DNA of 64,000 bases, from positions 1 through 64,000 of IMG/VR virus record IMGVR_UViG_3300009034_000020; one strand, given 5' to 3'. Made by a program: the position numbers and the translations under genes. Below are positions 38,275 to 45,711 of this stretch, piece after piece. The notes under the pieces are model-generated. The model saw nothing but the letters and a program-made list of their open reading frames with translations, ran no database searches and was not told where the DNA came from. The first letter of the stretch is position 1. The number at the start of each line of letters is the position of its first letter. The DNA is from a virus.

Positions 38275-38362
38275 GGAGGGGTGGCCAAATGGCAAGGCGC
38301 TGGCTTCGAAACCCAGTGAGGCGCTACGCGCTATGGGAGTTCGAATCTCTCCCCCTCCGCCA
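38275..38362 (+). tRNA. tRNA-Ser(CGA)
   Basis: Cloverleaf with long variable arm, G73, encoded CCA. Confidence 0.9.
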
Positions 38363-38365
38363 CAA

Positions 38366-38456
38366 GGCTGGGCCGCGGAGATTGGCGAGCCGCGCCGGCC
38401 CGTAAAGTCGGTGGCCCTTGAGGTCTGAGCATGTTCGAATCATGCCCCAGCCACCA
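38366..38456 (+). tRNA. tRNA-Tyr(GTA), atypical C8 and C33
   Basis: GGCTGGG/CCCAGCC-A-CCA; loop CC-GTA-AA; long variable arm. Confidence 0.8.
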
Positions 38457-38457
38457 T

Positions 38458-38531
38458 GCGCGACGAGTCGGACGGTAAGACATTTGCGTGCCATGCAAAG
38501 GGAAGGAGTTCAATTCTCCTGTCGCGCACCA
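38458..38531 (+). tRNA. tRNA-Gly(GCC)
   Basis: GCGCGAC/GTCGCGC-A-CCA; TTTGC-GTGCCAT-GCAAA. Confidence 0.8.
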
Positions 38532-38532
38532 T

Positions 38533-38608
38533 AGGGGATTAGCTCAGTTGGTAGAGCGCTTGGTCTACACCCAAGATGTCGGGGGTTCAAGTCCCTCATC
38601 CCCCACCA
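38533..38608 (+). tRNA. tRNA-Val(TAC), atypical C33
   Basis: CTTGG-TCTACAC-CCAAG; canonical D and T arms; CCA. Confidence 0.85.
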
Positions 38609-38609
38609 T

Positions 38610-38684
38610 GGAGGCGGTAGTGTAACGGCAGCACGGTAGGTTGTGGCCCTGCTAGTTCGAGTTCGAATCTCGACCGTCACCCCA
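38610..38684 (+). tRNA. tRNA-His(GTG)
   Basis: G-1:C73, loop TT-GTG-GC, CCA. Confidence 0.9.
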
Positions 38685-38685
38685 T

Positions 38686-38760
38686 GGGGGACTAGCTCAC
38701 CTGGGAGAGCACCGGTCCTGCAAACCGGAGAACAGAGTTCAAGTCTCTGGTCCTCCACCA
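38686..38760 (+). tRNA. tRNA-Ala(TGC), atypical C33
   Basis: G3.U70, CCGGT-CCTGCAA-ACCGG, CCA. Confidence 0.9.
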
Positions 38761-38787
38761 ATTATGCCGTGACAGCGGGTCGCCCCC

Positions 38788-38816
38788 TTGACAACCGGCG
38801 CCCGAGGTGCTACTAT
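38788..38816 (+). promoter_or_regulatory. sigma70-type promoter
   Basis: TTGACA-N17-TACTAT. Confidence 0.7.
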
Positions 38817-38919
38817 GAGAGCAAGGACTGGGGGACAATACAGTCCATTAGCCGGTGGGGTGCCGAGGCAACTAAATCACGTGAACCCCCGGCATCAGTC
38901 CTAGCCGAAAGGAACACGC

Positions 38920-39195
38920 ATGAGTGTGTGCAGAGGGTCCTCTGGGGATTGTACCCATTGCGCTACAGCTAAGGTATCTCTAGAGGCACGGGTCGCACAG
39001 GCTGAGCGCCGCCTTGCGCAGCTTGAAGAGGCACACACCAGCCTAGCTAAAGCCCTGACTGAGTACCATGGTCAAGTTGGCTCAGCTATTGGGCTCCTCT
39101 CCATGAACCTCAACGAGCTCCTGGACCGCATGACCGAAATGGAGGAGAGGCACGACACAAGTCTCCTCGGCGCAGGAGAAGATCGGCAGCACTAA
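38920..39195 (+). CDS. coiled-coil hypothetical protein
   Basis: AAAGGA RBS; followed by a terminator. Confidence 0.5.
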   Translation: MSVCRGSSGDCTHCATAKVSLEARVAQAERRLAQLEEAHTSLAKALTEYHGQVGSAIGLLSMNLNELLDRMTEMEERHDTSLLGAGEDRQH

Positions 39196-39224
39196 CAAAC
39201 GGCCTGGCAGGGGCGATATTAGAG

Positions 39225-39253
39225 AACCCCTCTCGTAATACGGGAGGGGTTTT
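39225..39253 (+). terminator. intrinsic terminator hairpin
   Basis: AACCCCTCTCG-TAATA-CGGGAGGGGTT followed by T run. Confidence 0.7.
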
Positions 39254-39380
39254 GGCAATGGGGGCCAGGTCAATTCCGCCGGACTATTGTCGCGCCGCCC
39301 GGCGTAGAGGCGCGCGATCCCGGCCCCCGCCCACCTCGCCGCCGATGGCGCCTTTGTGGTCGAGCGAGGGGGGCATTACT

Positions 39381-39409
39381 ATGATAGCGGGTCCGCCATG
39401 TTTTGTCAA
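39381..39409 (-). promoter_or_regulatory. sigma70-type promoter facing a non-coding GC-rich segment
   Basis: TTGACA-N17-TATCAT on the minus strand. Confidence 0.6.
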
Positions 39410-39682
39410 GCTGGGGTGTATTAGACATTACCACGTACCATGTGGTAAGATATGGATGTGATGATGACGTTAGCTCCCTTGTTGCTGCTAGTCCTTGTGG
39501 GCCTCATCATTAGAGAGGGTCTGTTCTGGAGTGAGGTGCATCGTGCCCGGAAAGCTACGCTGTCCAATTTGCTATCGCTGGTGTGGTAGGCCCCAGCGGC
39601 GGATGAAGTTCGCCAGCAAGGCAGCGCGCCGCGCCTACATCACCGAAATCAAGAAGCTCGGGGTCGTGGTTCTGCACGCCGA

Positions 39683-40237
39683 GTGTCAACGATACATCGA
39701 CATGTTGAAGGAGGCTGGCTCGTGGTGAGGAAGAGATGTCCTACGTGCGCCGATGAGAAGGGTGACGACGCGCGTATGGAGAGGGTCAAGGCCCTGGTAG
39801 AACCACTGTTGTTTCGGCTCGGTGTCGCCCAGCAGTATTCAGTCCGCATTTGCTTCCTTGCGGCCCTAAAGTCGGAGAAGAATGCCCTCCCTAATGGAGG
39901 TCCACGCATCATAGCTGCGCGCGTGTCCGAGGACTACCCGTACCGCGTGATGCTTATCGAGCTGAACCGCGCCTTCTTCGACAACTCCTCTGACTACGAT
40001 GTCGTTAGGACCGTTGTGCACGAGATCCTGCACATCACGCCCTTCGGCCCCCTCCACCGTTACGCTGGGAAACTTCTGGGGAAGCCCCCGCAGGAAGACG
40101 AGATGTGGCTTTGCGAGGAAGAGGAGTCGGTGGACTTGCTGGCCCTGTGGATCTCCAGGCTTTGGGTGGACTACAAGGAAAAGGTGGATGAGGCTACTCC
40201 TCCCCCGCCGGCTCGTAGCCTGAAGCGGAAGAGCTAG
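39683..40237 (+). CDS. HExxH metallopeptidase-like protein
   Basis: VVHEILH...EEE; true start probably near 39724. Confidence 0.6.
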   Translation: MSTIHRHVEGGWLVVRKRCPTCADEKGDDARMERVKALVEPLLFRLGVAQQYSVRICFLAALKSEKNALPNGGPRIIAARVSEDYPYRVMLIELNRAFFDNSSDYDVVRTVVHEILHITPFGPLHRYAGKLLGKPPQEDEMWLCEEEESVDLLALWISRLWVDYKEKVDEATPPPPARSLKRKS

Positions 40238-40533
40238 AGCGCCCCTACCGGTGGGAAGTGCTCAACTAGGTGGTCGTGGGGGACGAAGCGGATCTTGACT
40301 TCCTTTCCGCACTTCCTGCGGAGGACTATGAAGATGTCTTCCTTGAGCTGGTCCAGGTACGACGAACCCCAGCGGAGTATGATAGATACCAGCTCGTCAA
40401 GGGTACCAGCGCGCCTTTGTTCCAGCAAACCCGGTGTCCAGCGCTCAAGATTGACGCCAGACGAAGCCGTGGCGATAGCTAGGTCGCGGTCGATCTTGGA
40501 CAGGTCAAATAGGAAAGCGGCGTAGGTCTGCAT
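40234..40533 (-). CDS. hypothetical protein
   Basis: MQTYAAFLF start with GAGG RBS. Confidence 0.5.
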   Translation of the reverse strand: MQTYAAFLFDLSKIDRDLAIATASSGVNLERWTPGLLEQRRAGTLDELVSIILRWGSSYLDQLKEDIFIVLRRKCGKEVKIRFVPHDHLVEHFPPVGAL

Positions 40534-40621
40534 CAGTGATCCTCTCCTCTGTAGCGGTACATGCTGTAGGCGATGAGCAGGGCCAGTGGAATCAAGATGG
40601 CTGCAAAGCACAGCCAGGCCG

Positions 40622-40984
40622 CTAGCTCTCCACCCATTCGACTTTGCTCTGGTCTGGGCTGAATCTTGGGCAGCCGCAGTACATCGAGGCGCGCGATAGG
40701 GCGTGTAGACATCGGCTAGAGGGATCTACATTGTCCCAGTCAACGTCATCCTCATCGTCCTCGTCGTCGCCGTCGAATGCTGCCCTGACCTTCGCTACCT
40801 CTCCAGCCAGCAGCGCGATGAGCACTGGGATCTGGAGAATAGCTGCTAGACGCCGGTAGCGTCTCGGGATCATGGGGTCGAGTGGCGTGGAGCCCTCCTT
40901 GGACAGGGCCAACTGGACGCACTCGCTGAGCTGGACAGCGTTGGTGAAGGCGGCGAAGAGGCTAGCGATTGTTTGGAACCTCAT
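40622..40984 (-). CDS. membrane hypothetical protein
   Basis: Hydrophobic helix and acidic tract. Confidence 0.45.
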   Translation of the reverse strand: MRFQTIASLFAAFTNAVQLSECVQLALSKEGSTPLDPMIPRRYRRLAAILQIPVLIALLAGEVAKVRAAFDGDDEDDEDDVDWDNVDPSSRCLHALSRASMYCGCPRFSPDQSKVEWVES

Positions 40985-41396
40985 CCTCGTCCTCCGTGCA
41001 CCGGTCGATGGCTTCCTGGACGGTCTCGCAGTCTCCGCCAGGACCCACGACGCAATCGGGCGTTTCTCCCTTATCTTCGAACCCGATACCTGAGAAGGTG
41101 CGCGTCACGTCGAGGTTTATGACCCCGAGCGGCGTGCTGATGAAGAGAGACCCGCCACCGTAGCCGTAGCGCCGGTCTATGTCCATATCGACGCTCAGGC
41201 CGAAGCCGCAGAGCGTCAGGAAACCGGAGACGTAGATCTCTTCTATGCTGACGCGCACGGTGACGCCGAGGTCACACATGGTCGCGCTCTTGGCGATTTC
41301 CTTGATCCCCTTGTTCCGCCAGCCTTCGAGACGAACAACGAGCTCGCCGTCTATCTCTGTAGCCCTCGGGTCCATTCGACCGAATGCGAACTTCAT
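40962..41396 (-). CDS. hypothetical protein
   Basis: MKFAF start, GGAGG RBS, ATGA-coupled. Confidence 0.5.
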   Translation of the reverse strand: MKFAFGRMDPRATEIDGELVVRLEGWRNKGIKEIAKSATMCDLGVTVRVSIEEIYVSGFLTLCGFGLSVDMDIDRRYGYGGGSLFISTPLGVINLDVTRTFSGIGFEDKGETPDCVVGPGGDCETVQEAIDRCTEDEDEVPNNR

Positions 41397-41572
41397 GTCG
41401 TGCCTCCCTTGACGTGAATGGCTGCCGTAGTTGTGATTACGAGCTCCATGGGCTGGAGATCGTCGTTGCACCGCGGCGACTCGCAATAGAGTAGTTCGTG
41501 CCGCTGGTCTATGCTGCGCGTCCGTTCAAGGACGGCACCGCACTTGGGGCATTGGTAGTCGTACCGGGGCAT
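41393..41572 (-). CDS. FmdB-like zinc-ribbon protein (59 aa)
   Basis: Translated by hand: MPRYDYQCPKCG...CESPRC; GGAGG RBS. Confidence 0.7.
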   Translation of the reverse strand: MPRYDYQCPKCGAVLERTRSIDQRHELLYCESPRCNDDLQPMELVITTTAAIHVKGGTT

Positions 41573-41582
41573 GACGCACCTC

Positions 41583-41726
41583 CTACGCCGGGACTGTTAC
41601 AGGCTCCTTCATCGGGGCTACTGGCGCAGGCGCCTTTGCCGGCTTCTCCACTTTCTTCGGTTTCTCGATGATGATGGGCTTAGGGTCGCTCTCCTCAACG
41701 TAGAGCGGCTTACCGATCCTTGTCAC
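41583..41726 (-). CDS. Pro-rich peptide (47 aa)
   Basis: MTRIGKPLYVEESDPKP...APAPVAPMKEPVTVPA; AGGAGG RBS. Confidence 0.6.
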   Translation of the reverse strand: MTRIGKPLYVEESDPKPIIIEKPKKVEKPAKAPAPVAPMKEPVTVPA

Positions 41727-42294
41727 TGGATTCCTCCTGGTCGAGCCAACCGTTGGCTTCTTGACAAGCCCGGCAGGCATTGGGGTCGGTCTCTGGGTCG
41801 AGCAGCGGAACGCCGAGCTCATCAGCGATCCGACCTAGTACGTCTGTGAGTTTCTCTAGCTTCCACCCAGTAGGAGTGCCCTCTTCACTTAGCTGGTCCA
41901 TGGTGTAGAGGACGGCGTTGACTTTAGGCACGGCGATGAAGTCGATTCGGTACTTCGACATCCGGCCACCCTCGGTATGCAGCGCTACCGGGCCGATGCC
42001 GGTTACGTGAGCAACTGCGGTCTGGTGGCTAGAGACCGGCCAGAGGCGATGGAAGTAGAACCCACAGGTGCAGTCTAGTATCATGCTGGTGTGTTCGGGG
42101 ATCTCCCCCTTCATGTGGCGCTGCCGTTGCTCGGGTGTTACGTGGTCGGCGTACTGTAAGAAGCCCCTACACTTGGACTCTGGCGATACACCAGTATGCA
42201 CGTGCATCCCATTCAGCCCGATGAGCGTGGGCCTTTGGGTCTTCTTGCAGCGACCGACAGTGTAGGCTCGCCAGCCGTGAATCCGTGTCGCCAT
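41710..42294 (-). CDS. hypothetical protein with GWR...CxCGFY...G.G...LH.EG.R domain
   Basis: Paralog of the C-terminal domain of 18696..19697. Confidence 0.65.
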   Translation of the reverse strand: MATRIHGWRAYTVGRCKKTQRPTLIGLNGMHVHTGVSPESKCRGFLQYADHVTPEQRQRHMKGEIPEHTSMILDCTCGFYFHRLWPVSSHQTAVAHVTGIGPVALHTEGGRMSKYRIDFIAVPKVNAVLYTMDQLSEEGTPTGWKLEKLTDVLGRIADELGVPLLDPETDPNACRACQEANGWLDQEESSDKDR

Positions 42295-42303
42295 AGCATC
42301 TCT

Positions 42304-42368
42304 ATTGTACCTGGCCTGCTGGAAGCTGTCAAGTCCCCCTTGACATGCGCGTGTACAGGGGGTATAAT
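42304..42368. promoter_or_regulatory. back-to-back divergent sigma70 promoters
   Basis: Minus: TTGACA-N17-TACAAT (42304-42332); plus: TTGACA-N17-TATAAT (42340-42368). Confidence 0.8.
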
Positions 42369-42409
42369 GATCAGGAGAGTAGGCACTTTAGCCTCTAAGG
42401 AGGACGTGG

Positions 42410-42760
42410 ATGATTCAGACCATAACCAAGAAGGTGACCATCGCCAGCGGCGCCCAGTTATCGACTGCTTGCGAGTGCCAAGGGCTGATGCTGGTGGCCA
42501 TTCAGTTTACGGCCTTCACCGGCACCGCCCTAACGTTCCACGGCAACGTCGATAACTTCGACGGGACCTACGTCGAGATCCTCGAAAGTGGCGCCGGCGG
42601 CGCGGTTACCTGGGTTGTAGCCGCGAACAAGATAGTTGTCCCGGCTGGCAGTACGGCTCTCATTGCGGGCCTTTGTGGGCTCAAGATCAGGAGCGGTTCC
42701 TCCGAAGGCGGCGACCGGATAGTGACCTTGCACTTCGTCAACACGAACCCGGCGATATAG
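42410..42760 (+). CDS. putative virion structural protein
   Basis: First gene of the structural operon; beta-rich composition. Confidence 0.55.
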   Translation: MIQTITKKVTIASGAQLSTACECQGLMLVAIQFTAFTGTALTFHGNVDNFDGTYVEILESGAGGAVTWVVAANKIVVPAGSTALIAGLCGLKIRSGSSEGGDRIVTLHFVNTNPAI

Positions 42761-43309
42761 GTGGGACTGATGCTAAAGTTTCTACATCGTCTTGCCTTTA
42801 CGGCACGCGCCATCCCGGCTGGGCTGCGCGGAGAGTTGATGGTAGGCCACGCGACACTGGCCCTCAAGATCACACGCGCTGATGGCACAGTCGAGGACAA
42901 GGGAATTGTGTCCCGTAAGAAGGTCACACGCGCCTGGGTCAACGACCTCGTGGATGCCATGTGCGATGCAGCCGGGTCCGGTGCACTAGCGACCTTCAAC
43001 GACTACATCTACCACGGTGCCGGCACAGGCACCACCGGGGAAGCCAACACAGACACCGATCTAGAAACGGACACTGGTGAAACGCGGGGTACCGGCACCC
43101 GAGTGGACAATAGTACTGCCGCGCAAGGGATCTACCAGAGCGTTGGCGTGGTTACGTTCACGGGCGCCCACACGATAGCGGAGCACGGGCTCTTCAATGC
43201 TATTACCGGGGGTACGCTCTTGGACCGTTCTGTACACGCCGGCCAAGCCGTCAATTCTGGAGACACCGCGACGTACACATACATAGTAACACTCGATCCA
43301 GAAGCCTAG
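42761..43309 (+). CDS. putative tail-associated protein
   Basis: G.GTG....DT.L...IAEHGLFNA..GGTL..R tail-fibre-attachment-like motif. Confidence 0.6.
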   Translation: MGLMLKFLHRLAFTARAIPAGLRGELMVGHATLALKITRADGTVEDKGIVSRKKVTRAWVNDLVDAMCDAAGSGALATFNDYIYHGAGTGTTGEANTDTDLETDTGETRGTGTRVDNSTAAQGIYQSVGVVTFTGAHTIAEHGLFNAITGGTLLDRSVHAGQAVNSGDTATYTYIVTLDPEA

Positions 43310-43318
43310 GGGGTAGTA

Positions 43319-44326
43319 ATGGCGTTTACATCCGGCGTTTATGTGGGCAACGCTGCTGACGACACTGCTATTACCGGCGTGGGCTTCCAGCCTAATGTCG
43401 TCATTATCCACGGATACTCCAACTCCTTTGCCCTCTGGCGGCAGACGGGGATGGCCGCGACTAAACCTATCGACAGTACTATTGCCGCTTCCTACGCCGA
43501 TGGTATCAAATCTTTGGACGTAGACGGCTTTACAATCGGCACGAACATCTACGTCAACGCGGTTGGGGTTTCCTTCTATTGGATGGCCTTCATGGACGAT
43601 GGAGCCGCTGATTGTGAAGTCAAGTATGGCTCCTACATGGGGGACGGCGCCGACAACAGAGACATCTCGGGAGTTACTACCCCAGTGTGGGTCTTCGTCG
43701 GCACGCTGGACCAAGCGAAGAGGCCGCGGCACCGCATCAAGAACCTAAACCCGGTGTCGGATACGTCTTGGCCGTGGGATGATCCCGCCGCAGCCTCAAA
43801 CTGTATCCAGAAGCTGGGGGGTGATAACCCAGCTCAGGCGGATGGGTTTGAGATTGGCTCGCACACCGATGTGAATAAGTCAGGCGATACGTACCATTGG
43901 TTCGCTTTTCAAGCTAAAACCAATGTGCTGGTGGAGAACACCTACGATGGTAACGGGGTAGACAATCGTTCTATTGCTGGAGTAGGCTTCGCGCCGGAGA
44001 TGGTCTGGGTCCATGAGATCGGTGGTGGGAAGAGCTGGTGGTTTACGGATTCTCACCCCGCAGACTTGACATTGGGGGGTCAAGTTGGCTGGGGGATAGC
44101 TGATGCGATCCAAGCTCTCGAAGCAGATGGCTTCCAGGTCGGCACCTACAATGAAGTCAATCAGAATCTATACACGTTTCGCTACTTGGCTTTTGGTGTC
44201 GGGGCGGTGGACTACCCAATCGCCCTCGCTGGCGCTCTTAGCGCTGGCTGGGCTGCGGGTACCTTGAGCGCGGCTTACGTGCTTAGACGCCAGATCGCCG
44301 AGCGTATCCGCAGGTTCTTCAACTAA
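43319..44326 (+). CDS. putative tail fibre / receptor-binding repeat protein
   Basis: Three repeats of Y.G.G.D.R.I.GVGF.P...DGF.IG. Confidence 0.6.
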   Translation: MAFTSGVYVGNAADDTAITGVGFQPNVVIIHGYSNSFALWRQTGMAATKPIDSTIAASYADGIKSLDVDGFTIGTNIYVNAVGVSFYWMAFMDDGAADCEVKYGSYMGDGADNRDISGVTTPVWVFVGTLDQAKRPRHRIKNLNPVSDTSWPWDDPAAASNCIQKLGGDNPAQADGFEIGSHTDVNKSGDTYHWFAFQAKTNVLVENTYDGNGVDNRSIAGVGFAPEMVWVHEIGGGKSWWFTDSHPADLTLGGQVGWGIADAIQALEADGFQVGTYNEVNQNLYTFRYLAFGVGAVDYPIALAGALSAGWAAGTLSAAYVLRRQIAERIRRFFN

Positions 44327-44336
44327 GGAGGAGACT

Positions 44337-44687
44337 ATGAGTCTTTACAGCGAGCGGAGCCCAGCGCAGGAGCTGACTCCCGATATGAACGTGCCCTCCT
44401 TCCCTGTGCCGAAGGAGTACTCGGAGGATCTTCCCGGCTTCCTCCAGGTCCTCATCAGTCAGTACGATGAAGTCAAGGATGAGCTGAGTAGGATCTGGGC
44501 GGACAAGTACAAGTCCCCTTCCCCGATAGGGACAGTGCACGAGAAGTCCGATGTCCGAAAGCGGATGGAGCGGGACAGGCACGAGGAGGAGCTGGAGGAG
44601 AAGGAGCAGGCGCTCCTAGCTCAGATCCGTGAGCTGCGCGCTCTGATCCCACCTAAGCCGCCGGCTGACCTCAGCTCGAAGAAGTAG
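44337..44687 (+). CDS. hypothetical protein
   Basis: AGGAGG RBS. Confidence 0.6.
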   Translation: MSLYSERSPAQELTPDMNVPSFPVPKEYSEDLPGFLQVLISQYDEVKDELSRIWADKYKSPSPIGTVHEKSDVRKRMERDRHEEELEEKEQALLAQIRELRALIPPKPPADLSSKK

Positions 44688-44724
44688 CGTGGAAACGCTA
44701 GGCACAGCGGGAGGAGTACCGGCC

Positions 44725-44964
44725 ATGAACAAACGGCGTGAGGTTATCAGCGAGAAGGCCCGGCGGAAGGGGAAGGACGCGGCTCGTGGCAAGATGTCTA
44801 AGGGCGCCCAAAAGCGCATCTCGGAAAAGATCGAGCACCTGATCGAGAGCGGCGAGTTCCCCAACACCCCGAAGGGCCGAGCACGGGCTGCCGGAATGGC
44901 CTACTCGATGGAGCGTGCGGGGCGCTTGCGGCGCGGTGGAAAGTACGTCAGGAAAGGGAAGTAG
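44725..44964 (+). CDS. small highly basic protein
   Basis: Arg/Lys-rich, AxxMAYS motif; GGAGG RBS. Confidence 0.55.
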   Translation: MNKRREVISEKARRKGKDAARGKMSKGAQKRISEKIEHLIESGEFPNTPKGRARAAGMAYSMERAGRLRRGGKYVRKGK

Positions 44965-44965
44965 T

Positions 44966-45559
44966 ATGGCCAGACGACACTTAGGCGGCCGCCTACCGAG
45001 CCCGGATGCACTCCTGGGCCAGAAGAAGACCTCCGCCCAAGCTATCCACGAACGTAACATCCGTGCCGAGCAGCGTGGTGCTGCCATCAAAGCGGCCGCC
45101 CGGACGCTCATCCGTAAGGAAGCCGCGGCAGGCCGTGGTATGGGCATGGAGGCAGCGGGTGCTCGTCTACGGGACATTAGCGGGCAGCTCAAAGCGGCGG
45201 GGAAATATGCTCAGAAGCGCTTCACTGGCGGCCTACCGACAGAGAAGGGCCGTCAGTTGTACTTCCAGGTTACCGGTAAGGCGTTGAAGGTCGAGAGGCC
45301 CATCGCGGAGTTGGCTCTTGGCCGCTACATGACGGGGGTTCGTAAGAGCTTCCCAGTAGAGCCCGAGCGTATTGGGCGAGAGGCTGCCCGGATGCGGCTT
45401 CGGACCCCGACGACGAGCCGGGTCTCAAGCATTGCGACACCACCTGGTCCTGCGTTGCGGGCGCCTAGGGCGTCTAAGAAGCGGGGCATAGGAGAACGAG
45501 TTCTACATCCGAGTCTTGGAGACATCAAGAGTTTCTTCAGGTGGACTGTGGGACGCTAG
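44966..45559 (+). CDS. basic hypothetical protein
   Basis: MARRHLGG start right after the upstream stop. Confidence 0.5.
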   Translation: MARRHLGGRLPSPDALLGQKKTSAQAIHERNIRAEQRGAAIKAAARTLIRKEAAAGRGMGMEAAGARLRDISGQLKAAGKYAQKRFTGGLPTEKGRQLYFQVTGKALKVERPIAELALGRYMTGVRKSFPVEPERIGREAARMRLRTPTTSRVSSIATPPGPALRAPRASKKRGIGERVLHPSLGDIKSFFRWTVGR

Positions 45560-45594
45560 AGGGAGGCGTGCTGTGAAAGAGGAAGGAGGCAGCG

Positions 45595-45711
45595 ATGGAA
45601 TGGGAGACTGTCCTGATTCTAGTCAACTCCCTCGATACGCTGCTGGGAGTCGGCATCCTTGCCTTTGCTGGGTATGTCGCATATCGCCGATGGTGGAAGC
45701 GTGACAGCTAA
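45595..45711 (+). CDS. single-TM peptide (38 aa)
   Basis: MEWETVLILVNSLDTLLGVGILAFAGYVAYRRWWKRDS; AGGAGG RBS. Confidence 0.5.
   Translation: MEWETVLILVNSLDTLLGVGILAFAGYVAYRRWWKRDS

Noticed and set aside
38533-38608. CTA in the anticodon loop suggesting an amber suppressor tRNA or stop-codon recoding
   Set aside because: The 5-bp stem and 7-nt loop place TAC at 34-36 (Val). Conserved genes are full length in the standard code and often end in TAG.
38331-38972. ORFs predicted across the tRNA cluster
   Set aside because: They overlap tRNA genes and are spurious.
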